From NCBI GenBank assembly GCA_951406725.2, contig OX597817.1:15934001-15998000 (forward strand): a DNA stretch of 64,000 nucleotides, written 5' to 3'. The position numbers and the translations under genes were made by a program. Shown piece by piece: positions 12,300-24,121 of the stretch; position 1 is the stretch's first letter; each line of letters opens with the position of its first letter. This DNA is from Octopus vulgaris (Eukaryota). The notes beneath the pieces were generated by a model, which worked only from the letters and a program-made list of their open reading frames with translations, was not told the origin of the DNA and did no database searches.

Positions 12300-12781
12300 A
12301 GTGGGTAGACTTGAAATCTCTCCAAAGGAAATTGCAGCTGTGATACTAGTGCCGGTGGCACGTAAGAGAACCATTCAAACGTGGCCGCTGCCAGCACCGC
12401 CCCAACTGGCCTCGTGCCGGTGGCACGTAAAAAGCACCATCCGTTCATGGCCGTTGCCAGCCTCGCCTGGCCCCCGTGCTGGTCGCATGTAAAAAGCGCC
12501 ATCCGTTCATGGCCGTTGCCAGCCTCACCTGGCCCCCGTGCCGGTGGCACGTAAAAAGCGCCATCCGATCGTGTCCGTTTGCCAGACTCGTCTGGCACGT
12601 AAAAAACACCCACTACACTCACGGAGTGGTTGGCATCAGGAAGGGCATCCAGCTGTAGAAACATTGCCAGATCAGACTGGGCCTGGTGCAGCCTTCTGGC
12701 TTCCCAGACCCCAGTTGAATCGTCCAACCCATGCTAGCATGGAAAGCGGACGCTAAACGATGATGATGATGATGATGATGA
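12300..12781 (+). mobile_element. RTE 3' tail fragment with about 5 tandem units
   Basis: GTGCCGGTGGCACGTAAAAAGCACC units plus (GAT)n. Confidence 0.85.
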
Positions 12782-13077
12782 TATTATTATATGATTACTA
12801 TTACTATAATTTTTCTTCGTATTTCATTTTTAACTTCCATCCCACTTTTCACTTCATTTCATTTTATTTTATTCTTTACATTTTCACTTTGCTTTTTACC
12901 TCTTTGTAACCGATTACTATTTATCTTTTTATGTATCTTGTCAGATATTTTTTATACATTTTGTACATTTTCAGATATATTTGATGGATTTTGATATATT
13001 TTTTGATATCTTACAACATCTTTCTAATATCACCAGTTTATTCTGTCAGTATTTTTACTACTTCTCTTTCTTTTTTT

Positions 13078-13279
13078 CTCTTTTACTTGTTTCAGTCATT
13101 TTGACTGCGGCCATGCTGGAGCACCGCCTTTAGTCAAGCAAATCAATCCCGGGACTTATTCTTTGTAAGCCTAGTACTTATTCTATCGGTCTCTTTTGCT
13201 GAACCGCTAAGTGACGGGGACGTAAACACACCAGCATCGGTTGTCAAGCAATGCTAGGGGGACAAACACAGACACACAA

Positions 13280-13310
<31 letters not shown>

Positions 13311-13481
13311 CATATATACGACAGGCTTCTTTCAGTTTCCGTCTAGCAAATCCACTCACAAGGCATTGGTCAGCCCGGGGCTATAGCAGAAGACACTTGC
13401 CCAAGATGCCACGCAGTGGGACTGAACCCGGAACCATGTGGTTGGTTAGCAAGCTACTTACCACACAGCCACTCCTGCGCC
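13078..13481 (-). mobile_element. SINE family A
   Basis: Full-length match to other copies. Confidence 0.85.
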
Positions 13482-13627
13482 TATAAGCATCCTTCTAATG
13501 CTCTTTCACTATTATTTTTTTTTTAAAATGATTCTTGTAAAACCCTCTTTTTTTTAAAATGATTCTTACATACCTCTATTCCTATAGAACCTTATATCTC
13601 TATATCAATTACTTCATTTATTGTTAA

Positions 13628-14025
13628 CTAGCAGTATCGCCCAGCGTTGCTCGGGTTTGTAAGGGAAATAACTATATAAGCATTTTTAGAGAGTTATAGC
13701 AAAAAAATAGCAAAAAAATGCATTAAAAATGGAAAAAAATGATGGTAAATTTTTTTTAAATCGTTGACTCATCGTAGACATTTTTAGAGAGTTACTTCCC
13801 TTATTCAAAAGCGAAAAAATGCATTAAAATGGAAAAAATGATGGTAAATTTTTCTTTAAATCGTAGACTCATCGTAGACGTGCGCTAATACCCAGAAGGG
13901 CTCGATATGAATCACGACTGTAAGATACCCGGTTTTGGTTAAACTGCACCGCAAAATGTGGGAGTAGTTAGGAATCTAAATCGTAGGAGACAGACAGCAC
14001 ACAACTTCACTTTTATATATAAAGA
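13628..14025 (-). mobile_element. Non-autonomous Helitron
   Basis: 5' TC, subterminal GC hairpin, 3' CTAG, inserted between A and T; 4 related copies in window. Confidence 0.8.
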
Positions 14026-14331
14026 TTTACTAATCCCTTTTATCACTTATATTTATTTCTTTTATTTCTTTTCTTTTAAATAATTTCCTTTATTAATCAT
14101 TCCTCATTTCAACTTGTTGTTACTTAATAACAGGCCTATTGGATTTTTTATAGACAGATCTAAAAACCATTTTTTTAAAACTTTTAAATATATGGAGCTC
14201 AATCTATTGAGAATAGTATATTAAATATAACTGTTACATACTCAAAAACAAGATATACACTTGTAAGGTGTATTGTATGTGTGTATACATAGATGGACGT
14301 GCGTGAATGTATGCAGATTCTATATACATGG

Positions 14332-14377
<46 letters not shown>

Positions 14378-14581
14378 CATCATCATCATCATCATTTAGC
14401 GTCCGTTTTCCATGCTAGCATGGGTTGGACGGTTCAACTGGGTTCTGTGAAGCTGGAAGGCTTTATCAGGCCCAGTCAGATCTGGCAGTGTTTCTACAGC
14501 TGGATGCCCTTCCTAACGCCAGCCACTCTGTGAGTGTAGTGGGTGCTTTTTACATGCCACCCGCACAGGTGCCAGACAGAG
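14378..14581 (-). mobile_element. RTE 3' tail fragment
   Basis: (CAT)n plus reverse tail. Confidence 0.8.
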
Positions 14582-14630
<49 letters not shown>

Positions 14631-14633
<3 letters not shown>

Positions 14634-14772
14634 CAAAAGAAAAACAGGATGCAAAGGATTTAGTGGTACGTATGTTTCTGGCTTTATTGGACAGTTTATA
14701 TGCATTGATATAAACTGTCCAATAAAGCCAGAAACATATGTACCGCTAAATCCTTTGAATCCTGTTTTCTTT

Positions 14773-14777
<5 letters not shown>
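14631..14777. repeat. Fold-back hairpin inside (TA)n carrying the 3' half of an HHR
   Basis: ~70-bp arms centred near 14704; GAAAC-ATAT-GTA at 14731-14742. Confidence 0.85.
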
Positions 14778-14816
<39 letters not shown>

Positions 14817-14904
14817 GTACGTGTGCTTAAGGATGTGTGGATATGGTAGTGTATGTATATGTTTACTAGGGTGTAACTGTAGATATGTGTGGCGATGTAT
14901 GTGT

Positions 14905-16015
14905 GAAGAATTCTGGAGAGCAAGAGGTGATGAAACCATGAAAGTCTGTTTTTGCATCTTCTTTAGATTTGAAATTTTTTCCTTGCAAAAAGTTGTCTAA
15001 TGCCTGGAAAACGTGATAGTCAGTTGGTGCAAGATCTGATGAAATTGATGGATGACAAAGTACTTCCAAGTTCAGTTCCTGTATCTTGAGTAATGTTCTT
15101 TGTGCAACATGTTGTTAAGCATTGTCTTGCAGTTGTTTCAGTTGTCTCAGTTGTTTAATTGCAAGTTCACTCATTATTTCATCTAACTGATTGATGTATA
15201 TATCTGCTGTAATTGACTTAGCAGGTCTCATGAAGCTGTAGTGGATGAGACCAGTCCTGGACCACGAAACAGACACCATTAGTTTTCTTTGGGTGAATAT
15301 TCTTTTTTGGATTGTGTTTTGGCATTTCGTCTCTATCCAACCACTATGCAGAACACTTGCTGTTGTTAAAAAGAATCCCTTTTTCATCACACATAATAAT
15401 ACAATGCAAAAATGGTTCGCTTTTACACCGTGACAGCAAAAAACAGCAAGTTTCAAGACGATATGTCATTTGATACTCATTCAGTTCATGTGGTACCCAC
15501 TTGTCCAGCTTTTTTTACCTTTGCTGATTTGTTTCAGATGTTCCAGTACATCAAACCTTGCTGCTAACTCATACATAGTTTGAGATGTATCCACTTCTAC
15601 TACAGTTTCCAGCTCATCATTATCCACCTTGGTTCCAAGTCTACCATGGGGTTGATTTTCAAGAGTAAAGTCACCAGGCTGAAACTTCTCAAACCATCGG
15701 CGTACAGTGCACTCATTCACTACATCTTCACCAGACACCTCATTCATATTTCAAGCTGTCTGAGATGCATTGATTTCATGATGGAACTCATATTCATAAA
15801 CAACACAAATTTTTTATCTCTCCATGAGTTCACAAAAACTGTTTGAAATGAGAAAACTCACAATATAATTTCACACCATGAATTGCATTTTGAAAAGTGA
15901 TAACGTACCTCTTCAATGTTGTAAAACAAAGAATCGGCAAGATAAAACATTAGAGTTAACGACTGTCAAACTTGGTGCATAAGAAAATTGAACATTTCAA
16001 TCTTAATGACCTGAT
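14905..16015 (-). mobile_element. Mariner transposon remnant
   Basis: TVRRWFEKFQPGDFTLEN, W-P-EL region, SSDLAPTDYHVF; TIR-like end ...ATGACCTGATA. Confidence 0.85.
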
Positions 16016-16030
16016 ATTATCACAATCATA

Positions 16031-16078
<48 letters not shown>

Positions 16079-16389
16079 CTATGTATGTATATGCATGTGA
16101 CTGAGATGCATTCTCCCTCAACTTGACATTTGAAAACAAAAGTCTCACTGTTAATACAAATGGTGCCCTTTGTAGTTACCATCAAAGCATGTCCAGGCTG
16201 CTTATTTGATAGACTGGGAGATTATTATCTTGCTTAGAAACCGGTTAGGGATGGTTTCAGGAAGGGCAATTGGCCATAGAAGATTCTGCCTCAACAAAGT
16301 CTCATCTGACTCATACAAGCAAGGAAAAGAAGATGCTAAAGCAATGGCAATGACAACAACAACGACAGTAATACATTCACACACTAAGC

Positions 16390-16483
16390 TGTAATTTATC
16401 AGGTGTGTAATTTATCAGGTGTAATTTATCAGGTGTGTAATTTATCAGGTGTGTAATTAATCAGATTTAATTTATCAGGTGTG
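16390..16483 (+). repeat. Minisatellite GTAATTTATCAGGT(GT), about 6 copies
   Basis: Direct reading. Confidence 0.8.
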
Positions 16484-17115
16484 CAGCATTACTGTCTGGT
16501 CCCTCTAATTGTATTTTTAGCACTCCCTAAATGATTTTATTCATTCATCGTGATGCTTGTTCATATGAAATATAATTTTTTATATTATTTCATTTCTCAT
16601 TGGGAAACAAGTCTCTACAAAATTTCCCTTTGGCACAAGATTATAATCTTAATTGGAATTCTTTTTAAATAACTCTCTGATATTCAATTAAACATCTCAC
16701 TCGGATACTTCTTGTTTCATGTTAACAATTGTGAGGATGAAAATTAGTCAAAACGTTTAGGGTCAGCATGGTGCAAATGGAAATATCTCTAATGGATACA
16801 TTATATTTGATTAATTTTAACTACAGATATCAAAGTGAAATGGGGATATAATGATTAGTCTCTTCCTGTAATTATAGAACAGTCCAGACCTTGAATCACT
16901 CGCTAATTTTCTCGTTATTGGATTTCCTTTGCTATCTTGATTATTTGAAAAACTATACAAAAGAGTACATAAAAAATCTGGCAAGATTTTATGTAGACAT
17001 AGAATAACAACAGAGAGTTTGCTTTTATATTTAGCATTATTATATTTGTTAGTTTCCCTCAATTTTTTGGTCACAGTTTGTTGTTAAGCATTGAGAGATT
17101 CACAAAAAAAAAATA

Positions 17116-18740
17116 TGTAGCGAGACACAAAGAAGCCAGTGCCATTTTGAAACAGCGAGATCTCACCTGCAACCATTGCCATACGTGAGACAAAAATGAG
17201 ATCTCTCCTGCAACCACTAAGGAAAAGACAACATTTTCCCTCTCATTCTTCTCACACTGACACCGAGCAAGACTTCAAAGCCAGGAGCTCACAGCAGACT
17301 TTTGTCCCGCTGTGATACTATATGCATTGTCTCCAGAGGTTATTGAACCTCACGTGTATGGGAGGGAAGGCTAAACACACACTGCTGTGAAGATGGTTAC
17401 TGAAAGCAAACCCCTTGTACGAAGCACCTGTGAATAAACAGTTACTGAATTTTCTCCACCTGAGAACTTCATTCTTCGTATTTCCAGCTACTTGAATCAA
17501 CAGAATAATTATAATGGAAGAAGATACCCCAAAAGTATCATAAAAATCTGGTACAATGTTAGCACCAGCCACTTCATCACATCGTGATCCAATGTTGTAT
17601 GTCACCAGACTGCTCGTATTTCTCAAGTCTTTCACCAATGTATCCATGTGACCAATCTATTCCCTCTCATGTTCCACCAGACATTGACAAGTTGACTCAT
17701 GTTTTTGCTTGGGATGATTCTGTCAGAGGACCGCTCATTTCTCCCTATAAAAGGACCATTTCATGTGCTATCGCGCACACCTAAAACTTTTAGTCTCGAC
17801 ATCAATGGTCGGGCAGAGACCGTGTCAGTTGACAGACTTAAAAAGGCATATTTTGAGGTTTCTACACCCTTTGATGACACTCCGGCCACGCCCACTTTTG
17901 ATCCTTTACAACCACCTACACATCTACCTTTGACTACACCATCACCTACACCTCCACCTTCGTCACCACAACCTAACACAAACAAACCTTATGTCACCAG
18001 GACAGGACATACTGTGCATTGGCCCAAAAAACTTACCAAAACTATTTATATCTGACAATCTCTTTTGTGTTTCCTGTGACAGACAATTTCTTTCTTGTGT
18101 TACTGAACAATTCCAATATTCTGCCATTGAACATTTTGTCAAATTTTGTGCATGCCAATTTATATTCCTTGCAATTATTTTTCTTTTTGACTTGTCATAT
18201 TTTTGTACCATATTTTGTTTGCAATTAGTTACCATCTTTGCTCTTTTCCTGTGCCTGCTCCAGTTATTCTCTATTTTTGCATTAATGTTCTCAGGAAGGA
18301 GCCCCAGTAGTGAGACACAAAGACGCCAATGCCATTTTGAAACAGCGAGATCTCACCTGCAACCATTGCCATACGCGAGACAAAAGTGAGATCTCACCTG
18401 CAACCATTATTTAAGGAAAAGGCAACATTCTCCCTCTCATTCTTCTCACACTGGCGTCAAGCAAGACTTTGAAGCCAGGAGCTCACAGTAGACTTTTGTC
18501 CCACTGTGACACCACATGCATTGTCTCCAGAGGTTATTGAACCTCACGTGTATGGGAAAGAAGGCTAACTACATACTGCTGTGAAGATAGTTACTGAAAG
18601 CAAACCCCTTGTACGAAGCACCTGTGAATAAACAGTTATTGAATTTTCTCTACCTGAGAACTTCATTCTTCGTATTTCCAGCTGCTTGAATCAACAGAAT
18701 AATTATAATGGAAGAAGATACCCCAAAAGTATCATAAAAA
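17116..18740 (+). mobile_element. Internally deleted Gypsy LTR element (LTRs 17116-17555 and 18306-18740)
   Basis: Two ~440-bp direct repeats, first TG...CA; internal PYKGPFHVL...VSVDRLKKAY (integrase GPY/F module); purine tract before LTR2. Confidence 0.85.
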
Positions 18741-19759
18741 CCATCCTTCCATTATAATTGCATATTTGGTACGCAAACAATTTCATGTATGTGTTTTTAA
18801 TTAGTATGAGTAATTTTCATTTCAACAGCGAATAATTGTGCTATTCGATACCATCATCATTAACTGCTGAATGTAAGTGATGACTGTATTTAATTTCATT
18901 GTGTTCTAAGTACATTTTTAAATTGATCCAACCTCATTGTAAAGTATTGTTAGTGATACAAAATACAGAACTCAGTATCTACAAAGAGAGTCTAATGATT
19001 ATGAAAATTACATGACTGTGTTCTCTATTCTAATATAGTAATAGTAAATGAAATATGACTCATCACAGAAAACATTGGATTCAATTTGGTGGCAATTCTA
19101 TAAGATTTGTAACTGCTTTTTATTACTGGTGGCTCTGTAGGTAAAAGCACTGGGCTAAATGTACCAATGAGCTTTACACATATTTTTTTCAAATATTTTA
19201 GTCTCAGACAGCCAGTTTAACTCAGCTCCTTGTAAATATGTATTTATTCAGCCTACATTCTATAGGATCTGTTCTATTTTCTTAATTTTAGATGTGCTGA
19301 AATTTGTATGAAGATTATATCAATTTTTCAGTTTACACTTTTCCCATGGTGTTCATCTTGCTCCCTGACACCAAATGTCAAATATCCTTCTCTCTGGCAT
19401 TAGGAGATTTTTTATCATCTAAATTCTTCACATGCCATAAATCAAAGAAAATGTTTCAATATTCCTTTAGCCTGATTTAATTTTGTAACAAACTCAAATA
19501 AAATGAAGTTATAACATTTATGTTTATATTTGATTTCTTACACCCAGAGCATTCATTTTTTTAAGAATGCTTTAATCTCTCTACCAACTCTATGCTAGAA
19601 ATTATTTGAAATCCAGCTAAGCATGTCAGTCAAACATCAGCGATAACAAATAGAATATTTAATTTTACAGAAACATCCAACCATATATAGGGAAAATAAA
19701 TTGAAAATACAAATGAAATCAATGTGACATCATAAAATAAAGGATACAAAATTACTCAC

Positions 19760-19844
19760 TTTGAAATTTCAATGTTACAAATGCAACAAATGATACTGTT
19801 ATAAATATGAAAACAATCATACACAGCTTCTGAACTGATCTCAT
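19760..19844 (-). CDS. Probable first coding exon of a host gene; type II membrane/signal-anchor N-terminus MRSVQKLCMIVFIFITVSFVAFVTLKFQ
   Basis: Poly-T + AG acceptor (exon starts 19849), AAAATG start, short basic tail plus hydrophobic span, GTGAGT donor, phase 1; lies in repeat-poor DNA. Confidence 0.55.
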
Positions 19845-20043
19845 TTTACCTAAAAAAAAATTAGAAAACTTTGAAAATTATCTTTGAAAATAAAGGATAT
19901 TTATTATTTTTTTAATTATTTAGTTACAGGAAGGTAACATTGCCCAGGACTGTCATAGGCTTTTCCAAAACTAGTGAAATTAAAGAGAAACATATACAAT
20001 AGATGAAGGATCAGTTCTGATTGTCTGGATTTTTTTATCTTAA

Positions 20044-20264
20044 CCCTTTTGCTACCGTATTTATTTTGAGATGTTCTGTGTTTCTTTCAATTATTTTAAA
20101 TATAAAAAAGAATTTAGTAAAATAACTTACTTATCATTCAGCTAGTGTTAAGAACATAAATTGTGACTAAGAATTAGTGGAAGATTTTAATTGAAAACTT
20201 ATGAAAAGAAGACATTTATATTAAAGAGCCAAAGCCGGTTTTAGCCAGGTTGGTAACGAAAGGG
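20044..20264. mobile_element. piggyBac-like MITE
   Basis: TTAA at both flanks; TIRs CCCTTTTGCTACC and GGTAACGAAAGGG; same right end recurs near 50190-50227. Confidence 0.75.
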
Positions 20265-20573
20265 TTAAACAACTTACTTACGATAAAAATTCTACAACTG
20301 ACCCTTCATCTATTATTAGAAGTTTAGATAACTGGGTCACATGAGTCAATTATCTCCTCCCCCTACTATAAACTCTAAGTACCCCTAAATTCTTCCTTGT
20401 TCTGACCACATATACACTATTCTAAGTTCATTCTGCCAAATGAAAAATAGCAGGATCAATGTAGATATTTTTGATCTGTGAATTTGTTAACTATATTGAA
20501 TAAGATGAATTGCCCTTTGTGTTTGAAGATCATGAATTTAACGGATGCAAATGGTTATTTTACAAAGATGTAA

Positions 20574-21058
20574 TCATTATCATCATCATCATCATCAACA
20601 TCATCATCGTTTAAACTCCATTTTCCATGTTGGCATGGGTTGGATGGTTTGGCTGCGAACTGGCAAGCCAGGAGGCTGCACCAGGCTCCAGTCTGATCTG
20701 GCAATGTTTCTACAGCTAGATGCCCTTCCAACTCCAAGAGAGTAGTGAATACTTTTTACATGCCACCGGTATGGGAGCCAGTCAGGCAGCACTGGCATCA
20801 GCCACATTCGGATGGTGCTTTTTACATGCTACTGGCACAGGAGCCAGTCGGGGTTGTGGGGCTGGCATCAACCATGATTGGATGGTGTTTTTTACAAGCC
20901 ACTGGCACAGAGAGCCAGTCAGACAGCACTGGCAATGACCCACACACGAATGGTGCTTATTGCCTGCCACCAGCACGGGAGCCAGTTAGGCAGCACTGGT
21001 AGTGGTCACAACTACAATTTCCATTTCATTTTGATTTTACTTGACTCAATAGGTCTCC
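20574..21058 (-). mobile_element. RTE 3' UTR fragment
   Basis: (CAT)n plus diverged tandem units. Confidence 0.8.
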
Positions 21059-21505
21059 CGTAATGTTTTCATTAATTAAAGGAATCATAGGAGACAGCCA
21101 TAACGAATTGAGACCTGTATCTCTTTCTTACTCATTTATATTGAATATATATATATATATATATAAGAATAATATTAGGGAGTAAATCCAAACTTACAGG
21201 GAAAAATTAGATTTAGGATTAAATCTAATTTTACAGTATAAATATATATATATATTAAATTAGAGATAAAACCACTATTAGACAAATCAAACAGTGAAAA
21301 ACATAAACCAACATAATTTTGAATTTTATATTTTATATATTTTGTATATTATATTAATTAATTTTATTTCTATGTTTTGGTTTATGTTTTTCCCTGTTTG
21401 ATTTGCCTAATAGTGGTTTTATCTCTAATTTAATATATATATATATAATATGTTAAATAAAATGACTGTGTGGAATTTTCAGAACATTTATAAAGAGCAG
21501 GTTAG

Positions 21506-21551
21506 TCTTACGGCTGTTTCTGGGTTATTAGGGATATCCCTTCATCAGAGA
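21506..21551 (-). ncRNA. Minimal type I hammerhead in a PLE pLTR remnant (about 21155-21830)
   Basis: UCU-CUGAUGA-AGGG...CCCA-GAAAC-AGCC-GUA-AGA; nearby inverted repeat 21243-21315 / 21371-21447. Confidence 0.65.
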
Positions 21552-21832
21552 TGATGTGAGATGTTTAAATAGAAAGAAATAGTAGAGTTCAATATAAGGA
21601 GTTATTTTGGTAAAAAAAAATGGAAATAAGAATATAAAGGGAAATAAGAGAACAAAAGTGAAAATAAAAAATATATGTAGGGTGTTATAGTTGCAGTTCC
21701 ATTGTCCAAGGAAACTGGTGTGTAGAAATGGTAAAAAATGCTTCTTGTACATGGTATGTAGATTCTGATAGGAGTTCATATTTTGTTATGACAATTGGAA
21801 AGTGTGAAGATGTAGATTCCATAGGCTGTATG

Positions 21833-21873
<41 letters not shown>

Positions 21874-22030
21874 ATATAAATATAAGAGAGTGGTCACTAT
21901 ATTGATCACCCTAGCACCAGTTAATCCAAAAGGTTTCAACCACGAAAAATACATGTTTCCCATGAAAGCCAGTACGACTGTTAGCTCACACGGACAGGGC
22001 AAATAAAAAATAACAAAAATACAGATTATT

Positions 22031-22106
22031 TTGGGACAATTGTTTCGCTATTAATGAATTAAATGTAATATTACTTACAATAATCCATTTGTAGCTCTTC
22101 AGCCAA
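22031..22106 (-). ncRNA. Type I hammerhead ribozyme (inverted copy)
   Basis: UUGG-CUGAAGA-GCUA...UAGC-GAAAC-AAUU-GUC-CCAA. Confidence 0.85.
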
Positions 22107-22124
22107 GACTATCTGGATGAAGTC

Positions 22125-22200
22125 TTGGCTGACGAGCTACAAATGGATTATTGTAAGTAATATTACATTTAATTCATTAATAGCGAAACAATTGTCCCAA
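22125..22200 (+). ncRNA. Type I hammerhead ribozyme, unit 1
   Basis: UUGG-CUGACGA-GCUA...UAGC-GAAAC-AAUU-GUC-CCAA. Confidence 0.85.
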
Positions 22201-22657
22201 AATAATCTGTATTTTTGTTATTTTTTATTTGCCCTGTCCGTGTGAGCTAACAGTCGTACTGGCTTTCATGGGAAACATGTATTTTTCGTGGTTGAAACCT
22301 TTTGGATTAACTGGTGCTAGGTGATCAATATAGTGACCACTCTCTTATATTTATTTTGTGAAAATATTATAATATGTTATAAAATATTATAATAATCCAG
22401 GTTTCTCGTAGCACTAGGCCACTTGGTGTGGAATAAATATACTATTAAATTAGTATCTAATTCTCTCACCCTTATTAATTAATTATAATTATGCTGCATT
22501 TATTTCTAAATGCTGTATTTGTTTTCCGTGAGAGTTTGGCGCGCTGTTGGTTGGGGCATTTGAATTATAACGTCCGATGTAATCAATTGAACCGCACGCG
22601 TATTTATCGTTATGGTAAAATCTGGCGTGTGATTGAGTGGATTTCATCCAGATAGTC

Positions 22658-22733
22658 TTGGCTGAAGAGCTACAAATGGATTATTGTAAGTAATATTACA
22701 TTTAATTCATTAATAGCGAAACAATTGTCCCAA
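22658..22733 (+). ncRNA. Type I hammerhead ribozyme, unit 2
   Basis: Same motif with CUGAAGA core. Confidence 0.85.
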
Positions 22734-23190
22734 AATAATCTGTATTTTTGTTATTTTTTATTTGCCCTGTCCGTGTGAGCTAACAGTCGTACTGGCTTTC
22801 ATGGGAAACATGTATTTTCGTGGTTGAAACCTTTTGGATTAACTGGTGCTAGGGTGATCAATATAGTGACCACTCTCTTATATTTATTTTGTGAAAATAT
22901 TATAATATGTTATAAAATATTATAATAATCCAGGTTTCTCGTAGCACTAGGCCACTTGGTGTGGAATAAATATACTATTAAATTAGTATCTAATTCTCTC
23001 ACCCTTATTAATTAATTATAATTATGCTGCATTTATTTCTAAATGCTGTATTTGTTTTCCGTGAGAGTTTGGCGCGCTGTTGGTTGGGGCATTTGAATTA
23101 TAACGTCCGATGTAATCAATTGAACCGCACGCGTATTTATCGTTATGGTAAAATCTGGCGTGTGATTGAGTGGATTTCATCCAGATAGTC

Positions 23191-23266
23191 TTGGCTGAAG
23201 AGCTACAAATGGATTATTGTAAGTAATATTACATTTAATTCATTAATAGCGAAACAATTGTCCCAA
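23191..23266 (+). ncRNA. Type I hammerhead ribozyme, unit 3
   Basis: Same motif with CUGAAGA core. Confidence 0.85.
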
Positions 23267-23616
23267 AATAATCTGTATTTTTGTTATTTTTTATTTGCCC
23301 TGTCCGTGTGAGCTAACAGTCGTACTGGCTTTCATGGGAAACATGTATTTTTCGTGGTTGAAACCTTTTGGATTAACTGGTGCTAGGGTGATCAATATAG
23401 TGACCACTCTCTTATATTTATTTTGTGAAAATATTATAATATGTTATAAAATATTATAATAATCCAGGTTTCTCGTAGCACTAGGCCACTTGGTGTGGAA
23501 TAAATATACTATTAAATTAGTATCTAATTCTCTCACCCTTATTAATTAATTATATATATATATATATATATATACATATATATACATATATATATATGTG
23601 TGTGTGTGTGTGTATG

Positions 23617-23660
<44 letters not shown>

Positions 23661-24121
23661 CATGCATGTGTGTGTATGTGTGTGTGTGCATGTATGTATA
23701 TATGTATATATATAAATGCATATACATATGTGTGTGTGGTGTGTGTGTATATATATATATATATGTGTTTGTGTGTGTGTGTATATGTGTATATATATGT
23801 GTATATATATGTGTGTATATATAAATATATATATGTATATATAATTATAATTTTCTTTCAAAAAACATAGATAGGGTAGAAGTGCTCAAGTCAAAAACCC
23901 AAGGTGCTAGACGAGTATAAAAGACACAATAAAAAAAGGTTCAAATCAAGCAGACTACGATGAACATATATATATATACGGGTTTAATTAGGATAAAATA
24001 AGAATTGTCCAATCTGAAACATATTTTGATATATTAGAAATATAAAAATATATGAATAGTAAAAATATACATGGACATATATATATATATAGATATGTAA
24101 ACATAATGATAATAGGACATA

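Larger units (their letters stand above)
21876..23553 (+). repeat. Tandem array of 533-nt HHR-containing units (~2.7 copies) with an inverted 246-bp head (21876-22121)
   Basis: Predicted cleavage GUC ends at 22196, 22729 and 23262 (533-nt spacing); copies differ by 1-2 nt; flanked by (TA)n. Confidence 0.95.

Noticed and set aside
16817-17074. ORF in repeat-poor DNA as a host exon
   Set aside because: No convincing donor and phase does not match the 19760 exon
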